Part shown: piece after piece, positions 9,069 through 18,951 of the stretch
Layout of the letters: each line of letters opens with the position of its first letter
Position numbering within the stretch: position 1 is the first letter of the stretch
From: Alphaproteobacteria bacterium
Lineage (GTDB): Bacteria > Pseudomonadota > Alphaproteobacteria > UBA828
Length of the DNA stretch: 64,000 bases
Direction: 5' to 3'
NCBI GenBank assembly: GCA_963422645.2
Contig: CAXXVO010000021.1
Span: forward strand, 64,001 to 128,000
Program-made: the position numbers and the translations under genes
The notes under the pieces: model-generated
What the model was told of the DNA's origin: nothing
The model's input: the letters and a program-made list of their open reading frames with translations, nothing else
The model's database searches: none

Positions 9069-11206
9069 GCGGCACGACCGAAGCCTTCGCGCGGGTCAGG
9101 ATCGACGCCCTTCTTCGGGATGCGGGTTGGGACCTGACCGACGGCGCGAGCGTGCTGTTCGAACACGCGTTGCCGGACGGCGGCCGAGCCGACTATGTGC
9201 TCTGCAACCGGCAGGGCCGGCCGATGGCGGCGATCGAGGCGAAGCGGGCGCGCATCGATCCCATCGCCGTCCAGGACCAGGGCCGGCACTACGCCGAGCG
9301 GCTCGGCGTGCCGTTCGTCTTCCTGTCGAACGGCGAGGAAGTGCGGTTCCTCGACCGCGAGACCGACGCGCATGCCCGCGAGATCGCGGGCTTCTACGCC
9401 CAGGACGATCTGGAGCGGCGGATCGCCGCGCGACGGAACCGGCGCGATCTGGCGACGGTCGCCATCGACCGCAGGATCGTCGACCGCGACTACCAGATCG
9501 AATGCGTCGAGGCGCTGTCCGTCGAGGTCTCGCGCGGGCGGCGCAAGCTGCTGGTCGAGATGGCGACGGGCACCGGCAAGACCCGCACGGCGGCGGCTTT
9601 CGTCAAGCGGCTGTTCGAGGCGGGCATCGTCACCCGCGTGCTGTTCCTCGTGGACCGAATCGCGCTGGCAGGCCAGGCCGAGGACGCGTTCACCGACCAT
9701 CTCCGCGACTATCCCTGTCATGTGCTGCGGCCTGGACGCGGCTTCGACCGCGCCAAGCGCATTACGATCGCGACCTTGCAGACCATGATCGCGGACTACC
9801 GCATGTTGTCGCCCGGCTATTTCGATCTCGTCATCACCGACGAATGCCATCGCTCGATCTACGGCAAGTATAGCGGCGTGCTGCGGCATTTCGACGGCAT
9901 CCAGCTCGGCCTCACGGCCACGCCCTGCACGGCGGGCGCGGACGCTGCCGCCGATCCCGAGGACGGGTCGTTCGTGCGCGACACGCTGCGCTTCTTCGAA
10001 CTCGCGGAGCCCAGCTTCCGCTACACGCTGCGCCAAGCCATCGGGGCGGGCCATCTCGTGCCCTACCGCATCTACAAGGCCATGACGGTCAAGACCGCCG
10101 CCGGGGACGGCTTCGAGGTCCGACGCGACGAGCTCGACTGGGCCGCGATGGACAGGCAGACGCGGGCGGAGTTCGAGGCGCTGTTCGCGTCCTCCGACAC
10201 GATCATGGTCGATCCGCGCGCTCTGGAACGGAAGTTCACCATCCCCGAGCGCAACCGTGCGCTGGTGCGCGAATTCCGCGACGCACACGAGAAGGGCTTC
10301 ATGGGCCGGGACGGCGTGCGGCGCTGGCCCGCCTGGGGCAAGACCATCGTGTTCGCAGTGACGAAGCGCCATGCCGAGACGCTGGCGGAGATGTTCGACG
10401 AGCACTTTGCGGACCTCAAGCCGCACCCGACCGTGCGCTACGCCGACTTCGTGGTGAGCGATGTCGGCGGCGGCCCGGCCCCCGACGCCGGCGCCATCAT
10501 CAGGTGCTTCAAGGAGGAGGACTATCCGAAAATCCTCGTCAGCGTGAACATGCTGGATACCGGCTTCGACTGCCCGGATGCGGTCAACCTCGTCATGGCG
10601 CGGTTCACCCGGAGCGTCATCCTCTACCGGCAGATGCGCGGGCGCGGCACGCGCAAGGCCCCGCACATCGGGAAGACCGGATTCACGATTTTCGATTTCG
10701 TCGGCGTGACCGACTTCCACGGCGACGACGACGGGGATATCGACGGCGGCGCGATCCGCGAGGGCGGCCGACCGGCCGGTCCCGGCGAGATCCGCATGCT
10801 GTTGACGCTCGATGTGGACGACCATATCGACCCGGAGAGCCGCGACTGGCTGACTCTCGACGAGTCAGGCCGCATCGTCCGCACGCCGGAGCACGAGGCG
10901 CGCGCCGCCGAAGTCGGCGTACGTTTCGAGGCGTGGCGCGGCGTGCACGAAGAGTTCGATGCGGAACAGGCGCGCTGGGCGGGCCTGATCGGAAGCCGGG
11001 TGAGGGCCGACGCGATGGAAATGGAAGCCCTCGGCGGATGGGATTTCGACCTGCACCCCTTCGCCGCTCTCGGAGGGTACGAACAGGCGCGACGCGTGTT
11101 CGGCGGCGAGGAATCGCTCGGCAGGCTGATCGCCGGGTTCAACATCGCGGTGTTCGGACAAGCGGACGCGCCCGATACGCCGAACATGCGGAAGCACAGT
11201 GAGTAG
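9065..11206 (+). CDS. hsdR: Type I restriction enzyme R subunit (EcoAI/EcoEI-like, short)
   Basis: ADYVL..IEAK nuclease motif, MATGTGKT, DECH, GLTATP, QMRGRGTR; GTG overlaps vapC stop. Confidence 0.9.
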   Translation: MSGTTEAFARVRIDALLRDAGWDLTDGASVLFEHALPDGGRADYVLCNRQGRPMAAIEAKRARIDPIAVQDQGRHYAERLGVPFVFLSNGEEVRFLDRETDAHAREIAGFYAQDDLERRIAARRNRRDLATVAIDRRIVDRDYQIECVEALSVEVSRGRRKLLVEMATGTGKTRTAAAFVKRLFEAGIVTRVLFLVDRIALAGQAEDAFTDHLRDYPCHVLRPGRGFDRAKRITIATLQTMIADYRMLSPGYFDLVITDECHRSIYGKYSGVLRHFDGIQLGLTATPCTAGADAAADPEDGSFVRDTLRFFELAEPSFRYTLRQAIGAGHLVPYRIYKAMTVKTAAGDGFEVRRDELDWAAMDRQTRAEFEALFASSDTIMVDPRALERKFTIPERNRALVREFRDAHEKGFMGRDGVRRWPAWGKTIVFAVTKRHAETLAEMFDEHFADLKPHPTVRYADFVVSDVGGGPAPDAGAIIRCFKEEDYPKILVSVNMLDTGFDCPDAVNLVMARFTRSVILYRQMRGRGTRKAPHIGKTGFTIFDFVGVTDFHGDDDGDIDGGAIREGGRPAGPGEIRMLLTLDVDDHIDPESRDWLTLDESGRIVRTPEHEARAAEVGVRFEAWRGVHEEFDAEQARWAGLIGSRVRADAMEMEALGGWDFDLHPFAALGGYEQARRVFGGEESLGRLIAGFNIAVFGQADAPDTPNMRKHSE

Positions 11207-11212
11207 CCCGCC

Positions 11213-12844
11213 ATGCCGATGACTCCCGAACTCCGGCGCGGCATCGACCGCATCCGCGACTATCTGTTCGGCGGCGGCTATCCGAACCCGGCCCAGAACG
11301 CGGAACAGCTCAGCTTCCTGATCTACTTCTACATGTACGAGGCAGCGGACGCGGCGCGGGTGCGCACGGCGAAACGGCCGGGCGCCACGGCTTACGCCAG
11401 CGTCTTCGAAGGCGAATGGAACCTGCGCGACCCGCGCAACGCACGCGAGCCCGGCGCCGGGACGGTGCCACGCTCGCTCCTGCGCTGGTCGTCCTGGGCG
11501 GATGCGCTCAACGGCGAACGGCTGGTCAACTGGGTACGGGAGGAAGTCTTTGCGTTCCACGCCGAGCTCGCGGCGAGCGGCGTCACGGACTTCATGGACG
11601 GCGCCCGGCTGGTGATCGACGAGCCGACGGTGCTCACCCAGGTCGTCAGCCAGTTGAACGACCTGCATCTCGACCGGGTGGACGCCGACACCAAGGGCGA
11701 CCTGTTTGAGCACGTGCTGCGCCAGATCCGCCAGGCCGGCGAGCTCGGCCAGTTCCGCACGCCGCGCCACGTCATCCGCGCCCTGGTCCGCTTGGTCGAT
11801 CCCCGGCTCGGCGAGACGATCTATGATCCGGCGGCGGGTACGGCAGGCTTTCTGGTCGGCGCGTGGGACCATATCCGGCTCGCCAACTCCTCGCCCGCCG
11901 GCATCGAGGAGATCGAGGCCGACGGCAAGACCGTTCGGCGTGGCCTCGGCGACACGCTGAGTCGGGACGCAGTGACGCAGTTGCAGGAGACGACATTCCA
12001 CGGCGCGGACGTGGACCCGCAGATGGTCCGCCTTGCCACCATGAACCTGACCCTGCGCGGGCTCGACCGGGTGCGGATCCTGCGCCGTGACGCGCTCACC
12101 CGTTCCCTCGACCGTGCGGCGAAGGCCGATCTCGGCCTGCCGGCGCGCGGCTTCGACGTCATCCTCGCCAACCCGCCCTTTTCCGGACGGCTCGACCGGG
12201 ACCGCATCGTCGAGGAGGTCAAGGTCGGGCGCACCGCGCAGACCGAGCTCTTGTTCCTGCAATACATGCTGAATCATCTGAGGGACGGTGGGCGCTGCGG
12301 CGTGGTCGTGCCCGAGGGCGTGCTGTTCGGCTCCACCGGCGCGCACCGCGAACTGCGCCGCAAGCTGATCGAGAACAACAGGGTGGAAGCGGTGCTGTCG
12401 CTGCCCGGCGGCGTGTTCAATCCCTATTCCGGGGTCAAGACGTCCGTACTGGTGTTCCGCAAGAGCGGCGCGACCGAGCGCGTGATGTTCCTGCACGCCG
12501 ATAATGACGGCTTCAAGCTCGATGCCAACCACGACCAGCCAATCGAGGAAGACGATCTGCCGGCGCTCATCGAGGTGTTCCGCGGCCGCGATGCGCGGTG
12601 GGCGGCATGGCGCGAGCGAGATACGGACACGGACTGGACGGAGCAATGGTGGTTCGCCGAGGCGGACGCCATCCGTGCCGCCGACTGGAACCTCAGCGCC
12701 AACCGCCACCGGCCGCAGCGCCGCGCCAAGGTGGAGCACCGTGATCCGCTGGAAATTCTGGACGAGCTACGTGGTATCGAAACGGAAATTCTGGGCGAGA
12801 TCGACGAGTTGGCCGAGGCGGTGCGGGCGGCGGTCGCAGAATGA
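11213..12844 (+). CDS. hsdM: Type I R-M methyltransferase
   Basis: GQFRTPR, YDPAAGTAGFL, NPPF, VPEGVLF. Confidence 0.95.
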   Translation: MPMTPELRRGIDRIRDYLFGGGYPNPAQNAEQLSFLIYFYMYEAADAARVRTAKRPGATAYASVFEGEWNLRDPRNAREPGAGTVPRSLLRWSSWADALNGERLVNWVREEVFAFHAELAASGVTDFMDGARLVIDEPTVLTQVVSQLNDLHLDRVDADTKGDLFEHVLRQIRQAGELGQFRTPRHVIRALVRLVDPRLGETIYDPAAGTAGFLVGAWDHIRLANSSPAGIEEIEADGKTVRRGLGDTLSRDAVTQLQETTFHGADVDPQMVRLATMNLTLRGLDRVRILRRDALTRSLDRAAKADLGLPARGFDVILANPPFSGRLDRDRIVEEVKVGRTAQTELLFLQYMLNHLRDGGRCGVVVPEGVLFGSTGAHRELRRKLIENNRVEAVLSLPGGVFNPYSGVKTSVLVFRKSGATERVMFLHADNDGFKLDANHDQPIEEDDLPALIEVFRGRDARWAAWRERDTDTDWTEQWWFAEADAIRAADWNLSANRHRPQRRAKVEHRDPLEILDELRGIETEILGEIDELAEAVRAAVAE

Positions 12845-14031
12845 GCGGGTATCCTCTTTTGCAGCTTGGTGACGTCGCAGACGTAGTTGCGGGCGACCCC
12901 GCGCCTCAAGACCCTCAAGCCTTTGCACCGGACGGTCCGTTGTTCGTGCGGATGCAGGACGTAGGTCGCCACCACCGTCATCCAGCACTTTCCGATTCGA
13001 CGGATCGCCTTAGGGCAGAATGGGTTGCTCGAAGCCGCCTTCGACTATTCCCCAGAGACAGCATCTTGATACCGAAGAGCGGTGCGTCGGTGAATCTCAA
13101 CCATCGTGCCAAACTCGCTACCGATGCCTATGTCGTCAGCCATCTTGCGATTGTCATTCCAGACCGAACGAGGATAGAACCGGATTACCTCTATTGGTGG
13201 TCTGCAAACTACGATCCGCGTGCGCAAGTTCAGGTTACGAGCCTGCCCTCTCTCAAGCTGTCCACATTGAAGTCGGCTTTGGTCCCCCTCCCGCCACTCG
13301 ACGAGCAGCGGCGGATCGTCGGCATCCTGAACCGGGCCGCGAAGATCGAGTGGCTGCGGGCACAGGCGCAGGAGTTGATGGGGGAATTCATACCTGCGCT
13401 GTTTGTCAAGATGTTCGGCGATCCGGTCGATAACCCGATGGGGTGGCAAGTGCGTCCACTGGGAGAGTGCTGCATTCTGGCGCAATATGGAACGAGCAAG
13501 AAGGCTAATGATCGATCTGAAGGCCTCCCCGTGCTTCGAATGGGTAACGTCACATACCGTGGCGATCTCGACTGCACTGATCTAAAGTGGGTCGCCCTCT
13601 CGGAGAGCAATATCGAGAAATACGCTCTGAGAGCGGGCGATATATTGTTCAATCGGACGAACAGCAAGGAGCTTGTTGGAAAGACCGGACTTTGGGACGG
13701 TCGCTTCTCGGCAGTTGCCGCATCGTACTTCATTCGGTTGCGCCTCGCCGAAACCCGTGTCTGCCCTACCTACGTTTGGGCATTCATGAATTCCTCTGCC
13801 ATGAAGCAGCGCCTCTTTGAGGCAGCACGCGGCGCGGTCGGACAGGCCAATATCAATGCAAGAGAAGTAAAGTCGCTGCCGTTGCCCATGCCGCCGTTTT
13901 GCCTCCAAAGGCGGTATGCGGAAGTGGTCGAATCGATCCGGTCGACTCTGACAACTTCCGAGTCCGGCTCTCGGGATGCTTTCGCACTAAAGAAGTCCCT
14001 GATGTCCCGATTGTTGGACGGCGTCGTATGA
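12841..14031 (+). CDS. hsdS: Type I R-M specificity subunit
   Basis: Two TRDs joined by PLPPLDEQRRIV...MFGDP..NPMGW; second PMPP..Q motif. Confidence 0.92.
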   Translation: MSGYPLLQLGDVADVVAGDPAPQDPQAFAPDGPLFVRMQDVGRHHRHPALSDSTDRLRAEWVARSRLRLFPRDSILIPKSGASVNLNHRAKLATDAYVVSHLAIVIPDRTRIEPDYLYWWSANYDPRAQVQVTSLPSLKLSTLKSALVPLPPLDEQRRIVGILNRAAKIEWLRAQAQELMGEFIPALFVKMFGDPVDNPMGWQVRPLGECCILAQYGTSKKANDRSEGLPVLRMGNVTYRGDLDCTDLKWVALSESNIEKYALRAGDILFNRTNSKELVGKTGLWDGRFSAVAASYFIRLRLAETRVCPTYVWAFMNSSAMKQRLFEAARGAVGQANINAREVKSLPLPMPPFCLQRRYAEVVESIRSTLTTSESGSRDAFALKKSLMSRLLDGVV

Positions 14032-14627
14032 CCGACATCGTGGACAGGCAACGCAGAAGTGAAATGATGGCAGGAATTCGTGGACGCGACACGGCCCCCG
14101 AACTGGCGGTTCGGCGCATCGCTCACCGCATGGGCCTGCGCTTCCGCCTGCATCGCAAGGACCTCCCCGGACGCCCGGACTTGGTGCTTCCGAAACACCG
14201 TCTTGCCGTCTTCGTACATGGCTGCTTCTGGCATCGGCACGAAGGCTGCCGGTACGCCTCCACTCCCAAGTCACGGGTTGCGTTCTGGACGGCGAAGTTC
14301 GAGGCCAACGTTGTCCGGGATGCACGTCAGCAAGCGGCCTTGATGGCGCTTGGTTGGCAAGTCCTCGTCATCTGGCAGTGTGAAACAAGCGATAAAGCGG
14401 TAGTCGCGCGCAGGCTGGCTGCATCCATCGATCGCGGACGAGCGGCTACGAAGCAAGAGATCACACCCTCGGTCGCGATGATGGAAGCTCAACGCTCGAC
14501 GCCGGGATTCGAAGTGACCACAAGTCTCTCCCGGACTCTGAACGGGGCAGACCGGGATTCGGGCGCTGCCGGCGCTTCGGCGCCAGGCGGCGGTGAGCAG
14601 ATACGCCCTGCCGTGGTGACCCGGTGA
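14028..14627 (+). CDS. vsr: Very short patch repair endonuclease
   Basis: RSEMMAGIRGRDTAPE, LPGRPD, FVHGCFWHRH; ATGA overlap with hsdS. Confidence 0.93.
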   Translation: MTDIVDRQRRSEMMAGIRGRDTAPELAVRRIAHRMGLRFRLHRKDLPGRPDLVLPKHRLAVFVHGCFWHRHEGCRYASTPKSRVAFWTAKFEANVVRDARQQAALMALGWQVLVIWQCETSDKAVVARRLAASIDRGRAATKQEITPSVAMMEAQRSTPGFEVTTSLSRTLNGADRDSGAAGASAPGGGEQIRPAVVTR

Positions 14628-15685
14628 CGGTTCGGGTATACGACTTCTTCGCTGGCTGTGGCGGTGCAAGCTGCGGTTTTCAAGCCGTGGGCATGGAGAT
14701 CGCGTTTGCCCTGGATCACGATGCGGATGCGAAGGGGAGCTTTGAAGCCAACTTTCCCGATGCGCATTTCGAACTTGTGGATATCCGCAAGGCAAGTCTC
14801 CAGGCGATCCGGCGCCGGGTAGAGGCAGAAGGGTCCAAACCGGTGCTGTTCAGCGGATGCGCACCGTGTCAGCCCTTCACGAAACAGAATACGACACGAC
14901 CGTTGCCGGATCGAGACGAGCGTGTGCCACTGCTTGCCTGCTTTGCGCGCTTGGTGGAAGTTTGCCGCCCGGATCTCGTTTTCGTGGAAAACGTTCCGGG
15001 TTTGCAGAAGCTTGATGCGAACAGTCAGCCTTTTGGCGGTTTCCTGAGCCGACTGGACGGAGCGGGTTACAAAATGGACTACCGTCCCATCACACTCGCC
15101 AAGTACGGCGTACCGCAGAGCCGCCGCCGGCTCGTCCTGGTCGGGAGCCGCCACGGTGCGATCCATCTGCCCGATGAGACGCACGGGCCGGGAACGTCGT
15201 GCGAGCGATACACCACGGTCCGGGACCGGATATCCCATCTTCCGCCGCTACGGGCTGGCGCGGCGCACAGGAAGGTTGCGAACCACAGAGCGGCAAATCT
15301 CTCCCCGCGCAACCTGGAGCGCATCAAGGCGACGCCGGAAGGCGGCGGCAATCGGGACTGGCCGGAACATCTCCAACTCCAATGCCACAAGGGTTTCTCA
15401 GGCTATAGCGACGTCTACGGCCGGATGTCCTGGGACACGCCCGCATCGGGGCTCACCACACGATGCACAAGCTACTCGAACGGCCGCTTCGGCCACCCGG
15501 AGCAGCACAGGGCCATCAGCGTTCGAGAAGCGGCTTGCCTGCAGACGTTCCCGGAGGACTTCGTTTTCGAGGGGAGCATGGCGTCGATGTCGAGACAGAT
15601 CGGCAACGCGGTCCCGGTCCGCCTAGCGGAGCTGATCGGCCACCGGTTCATCGAGCATCTGAAGGATGTGGGAAGGCTCTCCTGA
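14624..15685 (+). CDS. dcm: DNA cytosine-5 methyltransferase
   Basis: DFFAGCGG, PCQPF, ENVPG, PQSRRR, QIGNAVP. Confidence 0.95.
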   Translation: MTVRVYDFFAGCGGASCGFQAVGMEIAFALDHDADAKGSFEANFPDAHFELVDIRKASLQAIRRRVEAEGSKPVLFSGCAPCQPFTKQNTTRPLPDRDERVPLLACFARLVEVCRPDLVFVENVPGLQKLDANSQPFGGFLSRLDGAGYKMDYRPITLAKYGVPQSRRRLVLVGSRHGAIHLPDETHGPGTSCERYTTVRDRISHLPPLRAGAAHRKVANHRAANLSPRNLERIKATPEGGGNRDWPEHLQLQCHKGFSGYSDVYGRMSWDTPASGLTTRCTSYSNGRFGHPEQHRAISVREAACLQTFPEDFVFEGSMASMSRQIGNAVPVRLAELIGHRFIEHLKDVGRLS

Positions 15686-18618
15686 TGGCAAGGTTCAGGA
15701 CCCGCGCCCGTACGCTGGACATGCTGGGGAGACAGCAGATTGCCGGCATCCCCACGGCGATCAGCGAGCTGTTCAAGAACGCGCACGACGCCTATGCCGA
15801 CCGCGTCGAGATCGACTACTACCGATCAGACGGCCTGTTCGTCCTGCGCGACAACGGTATCGGCATGAGTCGGGACGACTTTGTGACGCGCTGGTTGACG
15901 ATCGGCACGGAAAGCAAGTTCGATCCCGATCACCCACCGCCGCACGACCCGGACAAAGAGCCGCGCCCGATGCTCGGCGAGAAGGGCATCGGGCGGCTTG
16001 CTATCGCGACCATCGGTCCGCAACTCCTGGTCCTCACCCGCGCCAAAACCGACGATGGGGCGTCTGATCTCACCGCAGCGTTCCTGAACTGGGGCATATT
16101 CGAATGGCCAGGCATCGATCTGGAGGACATCGACATTCCTCTGCGCTCATTCGAACCGGGCACGCTGCCGTCGGCACAGGATGTGGCCGAGATGGTGAGC
16201 GAGTTTCGCGCAGGAGGCGAAAGGCTTGGTCCCGCGGTAGAGCGATCGATGCTGGAGAGGCTGTCGCACGAACTCGATCAATTCGACGTGGACCCGCAGG
16301 CCATCGACTCCTACCTCAGGGAGCCTTCATTACGTGGAAACAGTTACGGAGTCCATTTCATCATCAAGCCAGCCTCGGAGCTGGTGGCGGAGGATATCGA
16401 CGGCGACCCGACTGCGAGCAAGATAGTCGTGATGAAAAAGGCGACGCCTTTAAAGAAGGCATTGCTGGGGTTCGGCAACACGATGACGCCGGGTTCACAG
16501 ACCGTGATTCGCACGGCGTTTCGCGATCATAAGTCCGATGAAGTAGCTGAGGACGTGATTGGCGACGACGAGTTCTTTACGCAGAAGGAGTTTCAGAATT
16601 CGGATCACCGCGTTCACGGTAGATTCGACGAGTTCGGTCAGTTCCGCGGCCGAATTTCGATCTATGGTGAAACGATAGACGATCACGTCATTCCTTGGGT
16701 TGGGGGACGTGGTTCACCGACGCTCTGCGGACCGTTTTCGATCGACTTCGCTGCCTTCGAGGGTGATAGTAGACACTCGACGATCCCGCACGAGGAACAT
16801 GCGAGACTGGCCGCCAAGACTGAAAAGCTGGGCGGACTCTACATTTATCGCAACGGAATCCGAATTCTGCCGTATGGCAACACGGAGTTCGATTGGCTGG
16901 ATATCGAATCCAGGCGCACAAAGAGCGCTTACTATTATTACTTCTCTCATCGGAAGATGTTCGGGGCAGTCGAGATCGACGCCGACAAGAATTGTAATCT
17001 GCTGGAGAAGGCGGGCCGGGAAGGATTTCAGGAGAACAAGGCGTATCGTCAATTCCGGTCGATCCTTCAGAACTTTTTCCTTCAGGTGGCAGCGGACTTT
17101 TTTCGGACCGACGGAGTGCATTCCGAACCGTTCGATCTGCGAAAGACCGAACTATCTAAGGAAGATGAAGCAAGGAAACGGAGAGAGAAACAGGTTTCGG
17201 TGAGAAAGAGGAGATTCGAGACCGACCTGAATGTGTTCTTCGACGAACTTGCGAGCAATGCGCCTCAAGAGGAGGCGTCGGCATTGACGGCACATATTGA
17301 GGCGGAACTGCGGGCCGCATGCGCTATCGCGGACAGTCAACTGGCGGCACGCAGAGTTCTTGACCTCGAACGTCAAGCGCAAACGGACATCAGGGAACTG
17401 GAAGGTCGCTACCGGATCGTGCGGCCGCGTATCGGCTTGAGCAAGGCCACGCTCCGTGACTGGAGCGTCTACAATGCGGAGTTCGCTTCGCTTCGGGAGA
17501 AGGTGTTCCGGCCGGCGCGCGAGCTTATCGAAGAATTGATTGGCGAAGAAACGAGAAAGGCGAAATTGTCTCTGGGTCTTCGTGTGCGGACGGAGGCTAC
17601 TCTGGAGAGCCTCGGCCAGGAAGCCCGCAAGGCCATGGGAGAATCAAGCCGAGCGGTGAGGGAAGAGGCGGACAAGGTCGCATCGGAAGCGCGGAATGCT
17701 GCGGGCCGGTCGTTGAAGACCGTCGAGTCGGAGTTGCGGGCGGTGCTGAGCGAGTTTCAGCGGATCGATCTCGAGGCAGTGCCTGATGAGCCATTCATCG
17801 AAACCAGGGACGCGCTGGAAACCAGGATCCTGAGGGTCGCCGAGAAACAGGGCGCGTTGCTGCGTTCGGTATTGGAGCAACTCCAGGCGATAGACGTTAC
17901 GGGTGAGAGTTCGACAGCCGAACAATTGATGGCAATCGAGCAACGCAACCTCCGGCTGCAAGAGGACGCCGAGGCCGATGCGCAGTTGGCGCAGTTGGGA
18001 ATGGCGATCGAGATCATCAATCACGAGTTTTCGGGAACCGTACGCGCCATTCGGGGCGCCTTGCGGAGGCTGAAGGCATGGGCCGATGTAAACGAAGGCT
18101 TGGGTGAACTCTACAACAGTATTAGAACAAGCTTCGATCATCTGGACGGCTACCTGACTCTGTTTACACCGCTTCAACGTCGCCTTTATAGAAAGGAAGT
18201 GGAAATACACGGGTCCGAGATTCGGGACTTCCTCGACGAACTGTTCCGTGCGCGTATGGCGCGGCATGACGTGACGTTGACTGCAACAAAGGCGTTCGCC
18301 AGTGCCGTGCTCGTCGGCTTTCCGTCGAGCTTCTATCCGGTTTTCGTGAACCTCATCGACAATGCCATTTTCTGGCTGTCTCAGCAGAATCCACAGCGCG
18401 AGCGGCGCATCACATTGGACGAGCGCAGCGGCACGTTGCTGGTCGGGGACACCGGGCCGGGAGTCGGTGTTCGCGACCGAGAGGCGATCTTCGAGTTCGG
18501 CTTCAGCCGAAAGCCGGGCGGACGAGGCATGGGGCTGCACATCGGACGTGAAACATTGCGCCGCGTCGGGTTCGACCTGCGGCTGATCGAAGGCGATGAA
18601 GGCGCAACATTCGGTTGA
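15685..18618 (+). CDS. MORC/MutL-like GHKL ATPase fused via coiled coil to a histidine-kinase module; 3' end cut by IS3
   Basis: N-term ELFKNAHDA/DNGIGM/GEKGIGR; C-term IINHEF, NLIDNA, DTGPGV, GGRGMGL; its TGA stop is the first 3 nt of the IS3 IR. Confidence 0.85.
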   Translation: MARFRTRARTLDMLGRQQIAGIPTAISELFKNAHDAYADRVEIDYYRSDGLFVLRDNGIGMSRDDFVTRWLTIGTESKFDPDHPPPHDPDKEPRPMLGEKGIGRLAIATIGPQLLVLTRAKTDDGASDLTAAFLNWGIFEWPGIDLEDIDIPLRSFEPGTLPSAQDVAEMVSEFRAGGERLGPAVERSMLERLSHELDQFDVDPQAIDSYLREPSLRGNSYGVHFIIKPASELVAEDIDGDPTASKIVVMKKATPLKKALLGFGNTMTPGSQTVIRTAFRDHKSDEVAEDVIGDDEFFTQKEFQNSDHRVHGRFDEFGQFRGRISIYGETIDDHVIPWVGGRGSPTLCGPFSIDFAAFEGDSRHSTIPHEEHARLAAKTEKLGGLYIYRNGIRILPYGNTEFDWLDIESRRTKSAYYYYFSHRKMFGAVEIDADKNCNLLEKAGREGFQENKAYRQFRSILQNFFLQVAADFFRTDGVHSEPFDLRKTELSKEDEARKRREKQVSVRKRRFETDLNVFFDELASNAPQEEASALTAHIEAELRAACAIADSQLAARRVLDLERQAQTDIRELEGRYRIVRPRIGLSKATLRDWSVYNAEFASLREKVFRPARELIEELIGEETRKAKLSLGLRVRTEATLESLGQEARKAMGESSRAVREEADKVASEARNAAGRSLKTVESELRAVLSEFQRIDLEAVPDEPFIETRDALETRILRVAEKQGALLRSVLEQLQAIDVTGESSTAEQLMAIEQRNLRLQEDAEADAQLAQLGMAIEIINHEFSGTVRAIRGALRRLKAWADVNEGLGELYNSIRTSFDHLDGYLTLFTPLQRRLYRKEVEIHGSEIRDFLDELFRARMARHDVTLTATKAFASAVLVGFPSSFYPVFVNLIDNAIFWLSQQNPQRERRITLDERSGTLLVGDTGPGVGVRDREAIFEFGFSRKPGGRGMGLHIGRETLRRVGFDLRLIEGDEGATFG

Positions 18619-18672
18619 TCCTCCCCCATTGGATTGGTCCATCCTTAGGTTTGGGAATGAGGAGGATCAGAG

Positions 18673-18951
18673 ATGGCAAGGAAGCGTTACAAGCCGGAGG
18701 AGATCGTCAGTCTGCTGCGGCAAGCTGAGGTTTTGCACGGCCAGGGCAAGTCGATGGCGGACGCGATCCGGCAGCTGGGGATCAGCGAGGTCACGTACTA
18801 CCGCTGGCGCAAGGAGTATGCCGGGATGAGCGGCGATCAGCTTCGGCGCCTGAAGGAGCTTGAGAAGGAGAACGAGCGGCTGCGCCGCGCGGTCTCGGAC
18901 CTGACGCTGGACAAGCAGATTCTCAAGGAGGCAGCCCAGGGAAACTTGTGA
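18673..18951 (+). CDS. IS3 transposase OrfA
   Basis: HTH LGISEVTYYRWRKEY + leucine zipper. Confidence 0.92.
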   Translation: MARKRYKPEEIVSLLRQAEVLHGQGKSMADAIRQLGISEVTYYRWRKEYAGMSGDQLRRLKELEKENERLRRAVSDLTLDKQILKEAAQGNL

